In this document: positions 1 to 7,907 of the stretch, piece by piece
How the letters are laid out: each line of letters begins with the position of its first letter
How positions within the stretch are numbered: position 1 is the first letter of the stretch
Assembly (NCBI GenBank): GCA_964462755.1
Contig: CAYWZD010000003.1
Location: 1 to 44,600, forward strand
Origin: an uncultured Victivallales bacterium
GTDB taxonomy: Bacteria > Verrucomicrobiota > Lentisphaeria > Victivallales > UBA1829
Length of the DNA stretch: 44,600 nucleotides
Direction: 5' to 3'
Translations under genes and position numbers: made by a program
The notes under the pieces: model-generated
The model's database searches: none
Told to the model about the DNA's origin: nothing
The model's input: only the letters and a program-made list of their open reading frames with translations

Positions 1-1685
1 TCGTTGCGGCAGACATTCACCAGCCATTTGGAATCGAGGTCGCTCCCGGCGAAGTTGGACATGGGGAAAGTCAGCAGATAATCGACCGAGCCGTCCTTTT
101 CATTCTTGACCGCCTCACATTTCCAGTCGCCGTTCCAGGAGACATCGTCGCCGAAGCCGAGATCGCAGAGGGTCCCGGTCGCATTGGTGGCGAAATGAAC
201 CGATTTTTCGCCGTTTCCGGCCGGATCGAAGAAACACTCCGCCCCATTGGTGAACATGCCGAAATTATCCCGCGTTCCCGGCTTCGACAGCTTGAAGTCC
301 TCGCCGAAATTACGGTAGGCAAGATAAAGATTGTCGTCGTCGCAAGCAAGATACGCTTCCGTTTTCAGACGGGGCGCCCTGGCGCCGTAGTGGAACTTGT
401 CCAGCTTCACGGCATGTTTTTTCCACAAATCAAGGGCAACGGTCGGTTTGACGGACGCCGGAAGTTTCGGGATGGAGAAGGAAGGAGCGCGCTCGGGCTT
501 CTCTTCCGGGGCAAGTTTAAGTTTATCCAGTTCGGAGAGACGCCAGGTCGTAGCAAAGGTTTTCCTGGATTTCAGCTCTTCCGGAGTTGGCGTTTTTTCC
601 AGCAGTTCCGTTTGAACATCGTCGACCCAGAGCGTGCCTTTGGAGTCGCTCGGAATCGTGAGCCAGGCAGGCGAATAGACAAAAGGCTTGGGAAGCTTCG
701 GAGTGACTACCTCATAGCGTTTCCAATCCTTCCCGACAACGACCTGCCTGACCGGACCGCCATAGCGGAGATTTACCTTCATGTCATCGCGGTCGGACTT
801 CATCCACAGGGAAAGGACGCCCGGCTGGTCCAGCACCGTCCCCGTGCTGTGGAAGGAGATGGACTGACCGTCCGTAAGATCGTTGTTTACGAGTTTGAGG
901 GAATACTTTCCGCTGTGCTTTTCCTTATCGTCGGCGGACATTGCGGCAATGTATTTCTCATAATCGAGATCTTTGCCAAGGGAGAGTCTGGCGGTTCCCC
1001 CTCTGGTGACATAAAGAGGAAAACCTTCCTGAAGCGTCTCGAAAGAACTGTTTACCGTCAGGTTCGGTGATTCGTTCGCAGACTTTTTCACGGTGCTGAG
1101 CCGGAAATTGTCGACATACATCCTGTCCACACGCCAGGAGGTAAAGAAGAGCGCCGGGAGCTTGCCGTTTTTGTCCTTCTCCGGAAGATTCGCCCGGAAG
1201 GAACCGATTTTCCGTCCGTTGATGAAATAAGTATAGGTTGCAATATCGCCTTCGATCGTGCGGGCCACGGCAACATGAACCGGACGGCCCATCTCGAAAT
1301 TGTCGATTTTCGGATAAGCGCCCCGTGCCTGCTTCGAACCGATTTCATGCCAGAGGAAGAAGGAATTCCCTTCCGGTTTGACCTGAAAACGGAAGGGACC
1401 GATCATCATTCCGCCAAATCCGGACGGCTTTTTCATGTCGTGTTCCAAAGTCAGGTCGCATTCGGCATAGAATTCAGGCGGGAGGTCGCGACGGAGAATC
1501 AACTCGCCCATGACAAATTCGACCCGGCCATCGGCGGATTTGACATTTCCCTTCGAAACCCAGTTTTCAGCGAAGGTGTCCTTGGTGTCGAAACTGTCGG
1601 CAAAGACCGGCGCACCCGGCTCCTGTGCCGGACAATACAACCCCAGAAAGAAACATCCCAATGCAATCGCAAATTTCCAGTTCAT
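1..1685 (-). CDS. Secreted multidomain carbohydrate-binding protein, C-terminus off window (N-terminal LamG/DUF1080-like jelly-roll, central CBM4_9-like module, CBM9-like module)
   Basis: Absent from the ORF track because it has no in-window stop. Manual reverse-complement translation from ATG 1685-1683 (MNWKFAIALGCFFLGLYCPAQE..., signal peptide) is stop-free to position 1. The first ~200 aa are clearly paralogous to the 216-aa protein at 1826-2476. The + strand ORFs 195-1070 and 1275-1718 are Arg/Gly-rich shadows. Confidence 0.8.
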   Translation of the reverse strand, partial: MNWKFAIALGCFFLGLYCPAQEPGAPVFADSFDTKDTFAENWVSKGNVKSADGRVEFVMGELILRRDLPPEFYAECDLTLEHDMKKPSGFGGMMIGPFRFQVKPEGNSFFLWHEIGSKQARGAYPKIDNFEMGRPVHVAVARTIEGDIATYTYFINGRKIGSFRANLPEKDKNGKLPALFFTSWRVDRMYVDNFRLSTVKKSANESPNLTVNSSFETLQEGFPLYVTRGGTARLSLGKDLDYEKYIAAMSADDKEKHSGKYSLKLVNNDLTDGQSISFHSTGTVLDQPGVLSLWMKSDRDDMKVNLRYGGPVRQVVVGKDWKRYEVVTPKLPKPFVYSPAWLTIPSDSKGTLWVDDVQTELLEKTPTPEELKSRKTFATTWRLSELDKLKLAPEEKPERAPSFSIPKLPASVKPTVALDLWKKHAVKLDKFHYGARAPRLKTEAYLACDDDNLYLAYRNFGEDFKLSKPGTRDNFGMFTNGAECFFDPAGNGEKSVHFATNATGTLCDLGFGDDVSWNGDWKCEAVKNEKDGSVDYLLTFPMSNFAGSDLDSKWLVNVCRN

Positions 1686-1785
1686 AACTCCCCTTCTTTC
1701 AGAAAAAAAATGCCTTGATGTTAAATCAGCGGGAACCCGTTCAGGAACGGGAAACCAGCGACGTTCTATTTGCATTGAAACCAAT

Positions 1786-1817
1786 CAGACCGGCTCAATC
1801 GAAAGGAGTCCGGTCTG
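1786..1817 (-). terminator. Possible hairpin terminator after the 216-aa gene
   Basis: 8-bp inverted repeat CAGACCGG / CCGGTCTG directly downstream of the stop at 1826 on the minus strand, followed by a modestly T-rich stretch. Confidence 0.35.
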
Positions 1818-1825
1818 AAGCAGAA

Positions 1826-2476
1826 TTACTTTGCAGGAGCGGGAGCGGCCTTGGCATCCCCCGCGGGCTTTTTCAGCTCGCTGAGCTTGAAGTTGTCAAT
1901 GGTGAATTTGTCCACACGCCAAGCGGCAAAGAAAGGCATCGGCAACCTGCCGTTCTTGTCCTTCTCGGGAAGAGACGCCTTGAAGGAGCCGATCAGCTTT
2001 CCATTGATGAAATAAGAATAAGTGGCGACATCGCCATCGATCGTGCGTGCCACCGCGATTTTAATAGGATCACCCAGTTTGAATCCATCGATTTTCTTGT
2101 AGATGCCATGCGCTTTTTTCGTGGTCATATCCGGCCAGAGGAGGAAAGAGGTTCCTTCCGGCTTGATCTGAAAGCGGTAGGGTCCGATGAGCATGCCGGC
2201 AAAACCGCCCGGCTTGGTCATATCGTGATTCAACGAGATGTTGTATTCGATGAAAAAATCAGGAGGAAGGTCACGCCGGAAAGTCAGTTCGCTGGCAACC
2301 ATTTCAACCTTGCCGTCCGCGACTTTCGGAGTGCCTCTGGCAATCCAGTTTTCGGCGAGTTTCGCCTTGGACTCGAAGTTATCGGTGAAAATGGGAGCCC
2401 CGGCTTCCTGTGCATTGCAGAGCCAGCCGGACAGAAGGGCGGCCGCCGCCAGAAGAAGATTCTTTTTGGTCGACAT
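1826..2476 (-). CDS. Secreted LamG/DUF1080-like single-domain protein (paralogue of the N-terminal domain of the downstream gene)
   Basis: Signal peptide MSTKKNLLLAAAALLSGWLCNAQE. RBS AAAGGAA upstream of the ATG. About half of positions are identical by eye to residues 1-200 of CDS 1-1685 (e.g. RRDLPP, KPEG.SF.LW, AVARTI.GD.ATY.YFING, LPEKDKNG.LP). Confidence 0.85.
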   Translation of the reverse strand: MSTKKNLLLAAAALLSGWLCNAQEAGAPIFTDNFESKAKLAENWIARGTPKVADGKVEMVASELTFRRDLPPDFFIEYNISLNHDMTKPGGFAGMLIGPYRFQIKPEGTSFLLWPDMTTKKAHGIYKKIDGFKLGDPIKIAVARTIDGDVATYSYFINGKLIGSFKASLPEKDKNGRLPMPFFAAWRVDKFTIDNFKLSELKKPAGDAKAAPAPAK

Positions 2477-2527
2477 GATGTATTGTTCCTTTCTCTGATG
2501 TGGGTGACGGTTTTCTTACAAACTGCC

Positions 2528-3343
2528 TCACGGATATTCGCCGACGCCATGAGCGGTGCTGTAACGGTTCGTCGCAAAATTAATCCGGACCGTCGGATCG
2601 GCATTGGCCATGTTCGCATTCACACCGAAGCAATAATCGATCCGCTTGGTGAAAAGCGACCAATTTCCGTCGGTTCCGGTATTGGCGCCGATGGTCCCGG
2701 TACTGTAATTCATATATCCCCGGATGATTCCATAGTAGGTATACATGGGAGAGGAAACCTTGCCGGCGGAACCATCGGCGTGCACAATGTTCGCGCAATT
2801 GTTATGGCGGTTTCCGATCGGATAATTCGTGATGGTGCCGATGGCCTGTCCCCGGTTGCCGTCTTCATCGCTGTCGCCCGCGAGAATCAGTTTCGAAGGC
2901 ATGATCAGGCTTGACAACTTGAGATCGGAGTACAATGTCTCGTTCAGGCCGATGGAGAGGAGATTCTGATCAAACCTGAATTGGCTTCCCCATACAGGAG
3001 TCAGCAGCGACTGGTTGACTTTGCTGGACGGACAGAGGAAAGGCTTTATCACCGACAGCAGTTTCGAAACACTCCCGGTCGTCTGCCAGTCTCTGATGAA
3101 ATAAGGTCCGAACACATATATTCTGTAGGAAGTCGGAGCAGGCGGCGGCAGGTAGTCCCTGTAGTCCAGCGCATATCCCTGATAACCCAGACCGATGCTT
3201 TTGACCAGATTCAGGCAGGCAGTGGTGCGGGCCGATTCCCGGGCACGATTCAGGGCCGGAAGCAGCATCGCCGCCAGAATCGCAATGATCGCAATCACGA
3301 CCAGGAGTTCTATTAATGTGAAATTCTCTCTCGGTTTTCTCAT
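2528..3343 (-). CDS. Prepilin-type N-terminal helix protein, H-X9-DG family (pseudopilin-like)
   Basis: N-terminus [37 protein letters not shown]-terminal [12 protein letters not shown] (H-x9-DG). RBS GGAGGG sits 5-10 nt upstream of ATG 3343, which is preferred over the ORF-track start 3355. Confidence 0.9.
   Translation of the reverse strand: MRKPRENFTLIELLVVIAIIAILAAMLLPALNRARESARTTACLNLVKSIGLGYQGYALDYRDYLPPPAPTSYRIYVFGPYFIRDWQTTGSVSKLLSVIKPFLCPSSKVNQSLLTPVWGSQFRFDQNLLSIGLNETLYSDLKLSSLIMPSKLILAGDSDEDGNRGQAIGTITNYPIGNRHNNCANIVHADGSAGKVSSPMYTYYGIIRGYMNYSTGTIGANTGTDGNWSLFTKRIDYCFGVNANMANADPTVRINFATNRYSTAHGVGEYP
3239..3322 (-). repeat. Dispersed ~84-nt repeat encoding the prepilin helix (copy 1 of 4)
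   Basis: Encodes [26 protein letters not shown]. It shares a 27-nt identical run (ttcacattaatagaactcctggtcgtg) with the copy at 31953-32036. Confidence 0.8.
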
Positions 3344-3376
3344 ATTTCCCTCCATTTTTCAGTGTTTCTGAAATCA

Positions 3377-3405
3377 ATTATATAAGATTTTTCATGGAAT
3401 GTCAA
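3377..3405 (-). promoter_or_regulatory. Consensus sigma70-type promoter for the pseudopilin operon
   Basis: On the minus strand: TTGACA, 17-nt spacer, TATAAT. Confidence 0.65.
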
Positions 3406-3434
3406 TTGAAAATTCCGACAAACATAGGTATAAT
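3406..3434 (+). promoter_or_regulatory. Sigma70-type promoter for the AraC gene
   Basis: TTGAAA, 17-nt spacer, TATAAT. It abuts the divergent -35 box. It lies inside the ORF-track 5' extension, which supports the start at 3457. Confidence 0.6.
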
Positions 3435-3456
3435 AAAGACAAAACAGAGGTATTTC

Positions 3457-4476
3457 ATGGAAATTTTAAGTTTTTCCCGCTATTTCCGAGAGGAGCAATT
3501 CCCGATTTCCGTAACGGCGATGCCGGGAAACGAACTTGTACAGAAAAGACCTCTCACCTTCCATACCCATGAGTTTTCGGAACTGGTCCTGGTGGCAAAA
3601 GGGACGATCGTGCATCAGTGCGGAACAGAAACAGTCCGTTTGAAAGCAGGAGACTTTCTGCTGATCCATCCGGGCGATTCGCATGGATACGCTCAGCCGA
3701 GCCGGGATTTCCTGCTGTATAACCTGCTGTATAACGCGGACATTCCCGTGCCGATGCTGCTGGTCAGCGACCTGCCGTTCATCCGGAAAGTGTATCCCGC
3801 CCAGTTCAGCATTCCAACGATACGCCATAAGGAAATTTTTCATATTTCAGGACGGAATCTCGAACGGGTCGTCCAATCTCTCGAAGAACTCAACGAGGAA
3901 GTGAAAGCGCGGGAAATCGGAAACCACATTCTGATCATCTCGCTTTTCATGGAAATCATCGTGCGTCTGGCACGCTCCTGCAGGGACAGCAGCGAAAAAC
4001 CTTCGGACTGGGCTTTGGAAAGAGTCGTCAGCTATCTGCAATGCCACTGCGGAGGGAAAATCAAACTCGGACAGCTGGCCAGAAACATGGGGATGTCCGA
4101 AAGGACCCTCACCCGCCGGTTCAAGTCGGCTTTCGGAACGGGCCCGATCGATTATCTGACAACACTCCGGGTACGTCATGCCGTGGAACTGCTGCAGGAT
4201 CCGAACCTGAAACTGGAAGCCGTCGCACAGGAATGCGGATTCTGTGACGGCAGTCACCTCTGGAAGGTGCTTCAGCGAAAACTGAAGAAGACTCCGGCGG
4301 AAGTCCGCCGGGATTACAGCCTGATGAAAAAGACTTCCGCCGCACCTCCCGGAACGGAAGGAACGGCGAAAACCAAGCCCATGGGAAAAACCGTCAGCGG
4401 AGTTCGAAAACCCCGGCCGCCAGAGGCGGAAGGGTCCATTCGCCCCGGCCGTCGGAAAGCGGGAGGTTCTTCTTGA
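3457..4476 (+). CDS. AraC-family transcriptional regulator (cupin sensor plus dual HTH) with a ~50-aa basic tail
   Basis: Cupin-like HTHEFSELVLVAKGTIVHQ. C-terminal AraC HTH LGQLARNMGMSERTLTRRFKSAFG...ECGFCDGSHLWKVLQRKLKKTPAEVR. RBS AGAGG lies before ATG 3457. Confidence 0.9.
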   Translation: MEILSFSRYFREEQFPISVTAMPGNELVQKRPLTFHTHEFSELVLVAKGTIVHQCGTETVRLKAGDFLLIHPGDSHGYAQPSRDFLLYNLLYNADIPVPMLLVSDLPFIRKVYPAQFSIPTIRHKEIFHISGRNLERVVQSLEELNEEVKAREIGNHILIISLFMEIIVRLARSCRDSSEKPSDWALERVVSYLQCHCGGKIKLGQLARNMGMSERTLTRRFKSAFGTGPIDYLTTLRVRHAVELLQDPNLKLEAVAQECGFCDGSHLWKVLQRKLKKTPAEVRRDYSLMKKTSAAPPGTEGTAKTKPMGKTVSGVRKPRPPEAEGSIRPGRRKAGGSS

Positions 4477-6457
4477 ATCCGAATTCCGGGAGAGGAACCG
4501 CCTGCGTCCATTTCTTATCAGGCATTGTGATTGACGCCTTTTCAGGACAGCGCTGATCGTTGGCGAGGAAAAGATAGCTTTTGCCTCCGACCGTCTTGAT
4601 GGCGGCATGGATCGCCGGCTGCTTTGCCGCATCGACCAGCACATCCTTTGTGTTCGGTTCAACCAAAATCGGGTCCAGTGCACGGACCTCCTTCACGAAC
4701 GTGGTCAGAAGCCGCACGATCTCGGGACGTTCGGACGCGCGATATTTCTTCCGGTCCTTATTGGTACGTTCGTCCCAGGAATAGATTCCCAGCCCGTTGG
4801 CGCCGGAAGCGATGGCGATCACCGTCATGCAGCGGAGTTCCTCAGGGGTGGGGATTTTGGGCTCATAACAGCCCAGAACGGTCCAGACCGGCTTCAGTCC
4901 GAAACTGGCCTCGGCCGCATTTCTGGTAAGATCGGCGACAGCCCGGAGGGAGACGTTCGGAACCGGATAGGGATCGCAGCCGACGATGTCGCAGGTCGGA
5001 GCCGTGTTCTTCATGTGCTGTTCACGGCACTGCACGGTGACCACGGGAAATTCTCCGTCCGCGCTCCGGATGAAGTTATAGTTGTCGCGCAGTCCTTCCC
5101 AGTCGCGCCACGGTTCGTCCGCGCCGTACCAGAAAAGCATTTTCGGCAGGGAACGGTAAAGGTTCACGTATTCAAACGCGTTGGGTTCTTTACCATTGAC
5201 GCCGAAATGGAGGAACAGTTTGTTTTCGGCGGCTTTGTCCGTCCACTTTTTCATCATCGGAATATCGCGCGAGGGAATGCCGAAGAAGGGACAGTTCAGA
5301 TCCTTGGGACCGGCCGTGGTGAACCCGATCCCCGCAATCTGCGGAAGGTCCTCGGCCGTCACGGCGTAGAGAAGAATCGGGAACATCTTCTTTCCCTCAT
5401 AGGAGATCGACTTGTCCGGATTGATGCGGACCTTGCCGTCACGCGGAACCGGACGGTTGCTGTAACGTTCGACCGTGTTGAAGACTTCCTTCCCGCCGGC
5501 GTAAACCCTGACATAGAGCGGACGGATGGAGCTCCAGATTTTCGGCATGGGGATTTCCATGTGGATGGGACCATGAGTGGAAAAGTCCTGCGTCTTCACA
5601 ACAGGCGTTCCCTCCAGAATCACCGTCACGGTGATCGGAAGAGGAAGCGACGGATCGATCTTGTCCAGCGTCAGCACCATTTTATTCTGCCAGGGAAGCT
5701 GGTTCAGATACGGTTTCATAACCGGCGCCTGTCCGGGATTGTGAACACCCGAACGGATGCGGAGTCCGGCCACACGCGCCTGCGTCACATTGTGGAAAAG
5801 GCGGGTCAAGCCCTTGCCGAGCGTCATATACTGCGGACCGTCCCGGAGCAGTTCGCATTCGCGGTCGATTCCGCCGCTGACCCAGCTCCGGAGGATTTTG
5901 TCATGTTCGTCATACGTGAACGCCACATGGTTCCAGCGTCCGGGAATCATCGGAAGCAGGCCGTTGAAGGGAATGCTGAGAGGATAATAGTTCAGCCTTT
6001 TCTTCGCCATTTCAGGCTCGACAAAGATCTTCTCTTTCGGAAAGTTCAGCCAATGCCCCTGGACACATCCGTTTTTGAACCCCAGATTCCCGAACTTGCC
6101 GTTCAGGAAAAAATCCGAAGTCAGAACGCCCTCCGGTTTGACCCATGCTTCGAGCGTCACTCCTTTTCCGCGAAGGACATTTTCATCGCCGGAATAATTC
6201 AGATTGATCTCCCCCTTTTGGGTGCTGTCGAACTCGATTACTTCACCCATTTCAGGGTCCTTGACTATTTTTCCGCCAAGAAGTTTCGGACTCGTTCCGG
6301 AAACGGTTTCCTTCAGCGTGCCGTTGACCGGGAGGACCATCAGACAGTTATCCTTGTCCTTTCCCCATTCCGCGGGCTTTTCGAGTTGTGCGAAGACACT
6401 TCCGGCGGACAGCATCAGTCCGGCGGACAGAAACACAGGTGTGAAAGACTTCTTCAT
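4394..6457 (-). CDS. Secreted LamG-like plus uncharacterised GH-like (TIM-barrel-like) protein
   Basis: Signal peptide MKKSFTPVFLSAGLMLSAGSVFAQ. LamG-like GVTLEAWVKPEG...RWNHVAFTYD. C-terminal half carries the YGADEPW, GCDPYPV and PTPEELRCM..ASGANGLGIYSWDE motifs shared with CDS 15043-18381. RBS AGGAGAA. Confidence 0.85.
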   Translation of the reverse strand: MKKSFTPVFLSAGLMLSAGSVFAQLEKPAEWGKDKDNCLMVLPVNGTLKETVSGTSPKLLGGKIVKDPEMGEVIEFDSTQKGEINLNYSGDENVLRGKGVTLEAWVKPEGVLTSDFFLNGKFGNLGFKNGCVQGHWLNFPKEKIFVEPEMAKKRLNYYPLSIPFNGLLPMIPGRWNHVAFTYDEHDKILRSWVSGGIDRECELLRDGPQYMTLGKGLTRLFHNVTQARVAGLRIRSGVHNPGQAPVMKPYLNQLPWQNKMVLTLDKIDPSLPLPITVTVILEGTPVVKTQDFSTHGPIHMEIPMPKIWSSIRPLYVRVYAGGKEVFNTVERYSNRPVPRDGKVRINPDKSISYEGKKMFPILLYAVTAEDLPQIAGIGFTTAGPKDLNCPFFGIPSRDIPMMKKWTDKAAENKLFLHFGVNGKEPNAFEYVNLYRSLPKMLFWYGADEPWRDWEGLRDNYNFIRSADGEFPVVTVQCREQHMKNTAPTCDIVGCDPYPVPNVSLRAVADLTRNAAEASFGLKPVWTVLGCYEPKIPTPEELRCMTVIAIASGANGLGIYSWDERTNKDRKKYRASERPEIVRLLTTFVKEVRALDPILVEPNTKDVLVDAAKQPAIHAAIKTVGGKSYLFLANDQRCPEKASITMPDKKWTQAVPLPEFGFKKNLPLSDGRGEWTLPPLAAGVFELR

Positions 6458-6473
6458 CAGGTTCTCCTGTCGC

Positions 6474-7904
6474 TTATGGATTCAATAACGTTTTATTCAA
6501 ATAATCGGCACGCAATTCCTGCGTCAGCAGGTCGCAATTCATCAGATCCGGAAGAATCTCTTTGCGGAACGATTCATCGGTCCGTTTTCCCGAACGGAAT
6601 GCCTGAAGGGAATCCGCCAGTTTCTTGAAGGCCGGCTCCAGACTCGTCCGGAAAAAGACGGGATCCCCCAGTTCGGGATCATTCCAGTTTTCGGACAGCC
6701 GTTTGCTGTCCGACTCGAACTTCGCGGCGGCCTGATCCGCAAGGAACTTCCTCGCCTGATCCACGATCTCCGGCGGAATCTTTCCCCAGACGAGTTCGCC
6801 CATCCGTCCGAGTTCGTGGACACGTCCGCCCCACGTGATTCCACCCGCGGGAGTCCAGCGGATCACGTTGAAACGCCAGTTCTTTCCGGTATTCCACGGA
6901 AGGACATCGTAAAAGAAGCTCCACGGAATGAATACGCCTGTCACCATTTCTTTCCCGACGCAGACGGTCCGGACATCGACCGCTCCTTCCATTTTCCGGT
7001 AATGCCGGTTAAAAGAACCCTTCGGATAAAAATCAACCTTGCCGCCCGGCAGATTCAGTATCATCTGATAGTAGTCTTCCGTCTCCATTCCAGGCGAAAA
7101 GAAGATTTCCAGCGCTCCGGCGCCGAAGCCTGCCGCACGGCATTTTTCCAACTCGGGCTCTTCGCAGCGGACATAGAGATACAGTCCGCGCGGATCTGCC
7201 AGAAAGAGGAAGGAGGTGTGCTTGAGATAAAACTCGAGGTTCTTGTTCCCGGCCGCAAGACGTTCCACGGTGGCATCGGCCGTCAATTCTGCCTGAGCCG
7301 CAAGATCATACGGGATAAAGGCATCAGCCCCTTTCCTGTTTCCGAGAGGACCGAACCGGAACGATCCGGCATCCGGCGGCGCTTCCGGAACCCATGCGAC
7401 TTCGAGCGTGTTCCGCTTGAATGGCGACTTCAGACGTTCAGCCTCTTCCCACACGATCCGCGCCGATTCGGAAAGGTTCAGAAGAAGAAGATCGTTCGCC
7501 ACCCCGCGGAGAACGGCATACCTCGCCGATGGAGCCAGTTTCGGCAGTTCCTCCGAACGGCGGAGTTCATCGCGAATCCCCGCGGAATCCAGTTTTTTCA
7601 AGCGAAAAAGAAGGGGCAGTTCCAATCCGACTTCGGGCGGGAGCGTTTTGCATGCCGCCAGTTTTTCCAGCGTCTGCATGTTTTCCGTCTTGCAGCCAAG
7701 CCAGACCAGTTTCCGGAAGAATTCCAGACGTTTTTCCGGAGAGAGTTTTTCGACAGCGGACAAAGACGTCATCCCCTCGCGGAGAGCATCCGCATAATTG
7801 TAGGCGGCCATGCTCTTCCGGAGGGTTGCCAACGGGTCAGCACCGAAAACAAAACCGGAAGCCAGCAGGAGGAAAATACTGAAAAGGATGGAATAACACT
7901 TCAT
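6474..7904 (-). CDS. Secreted protein with helical N-terminal region and CBM9-like C-terminal domain
   Basis: Signal peptide MKCYSILFSIFLLLASGFVFGADP. CBM9/DOMON-like stretch LYLYVRCEEPE...ALEIFFSPG...YYQMILN. RBS AAGGAG. The ATG lies 3 nt after the upstream stop. Confidence 0.8.
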   Translation of the reverse strand: MKCYSILFSIFLLLASGFVFGADPLATLRKSMAAYNYADALREGMTSLSAVEKLSPEKRLEFFRKLVWLGCKTENMQTLEKLAACKTLPPEVGLELPLLFRLKKLDSAGIRDELRRSEELPKLAPSARYAVLRGVANDLLLLNLSESARIVWEEAERLKSPFKRNTLEVAWVPEAPPDAGSFRFGPLGNRKGADAFIPYDLAAQAELTADATVERLAAGNKNLEFYLKHTSFLFLADPRGLYLYVRCEEPELEKCRAAGFGAGALEIFFSPGMETEDYYQMILNLPGGKVDFYPKGSFNRHYRKMEGAVDVRTVCVGKEMVTGVFIPWSFFYDVLPWNTGKNWRFNVIRWTPAGGITWGGRVHELGRMGELVWGKIPPEIVDQARKFLADQAAAKFESDSKRLSENWNDPELGDPVFFRTSLEPAFKKLADSLQAFRSGKRTDESFRKEILPDLMNCDLLTQELRADYLNKTLLNP

Positions 7905-7907
7905 GGT

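Noticed and set aside
1715-2914. 399-aa plus-strand ORF (also 14956-16170 minus, 20119-21135 minus, 24718-25935 minus, 41054-42298 minus, 10667-11518 minus, 43826-44581 minus)
   Set aside because: Each is the shadow of a well-supported gene on the opposite strand (LamG paralogue and pseudopilin, CBM-GH, secretin 2, LacI, kinase-like, PocR-AraC, larA and etfB).
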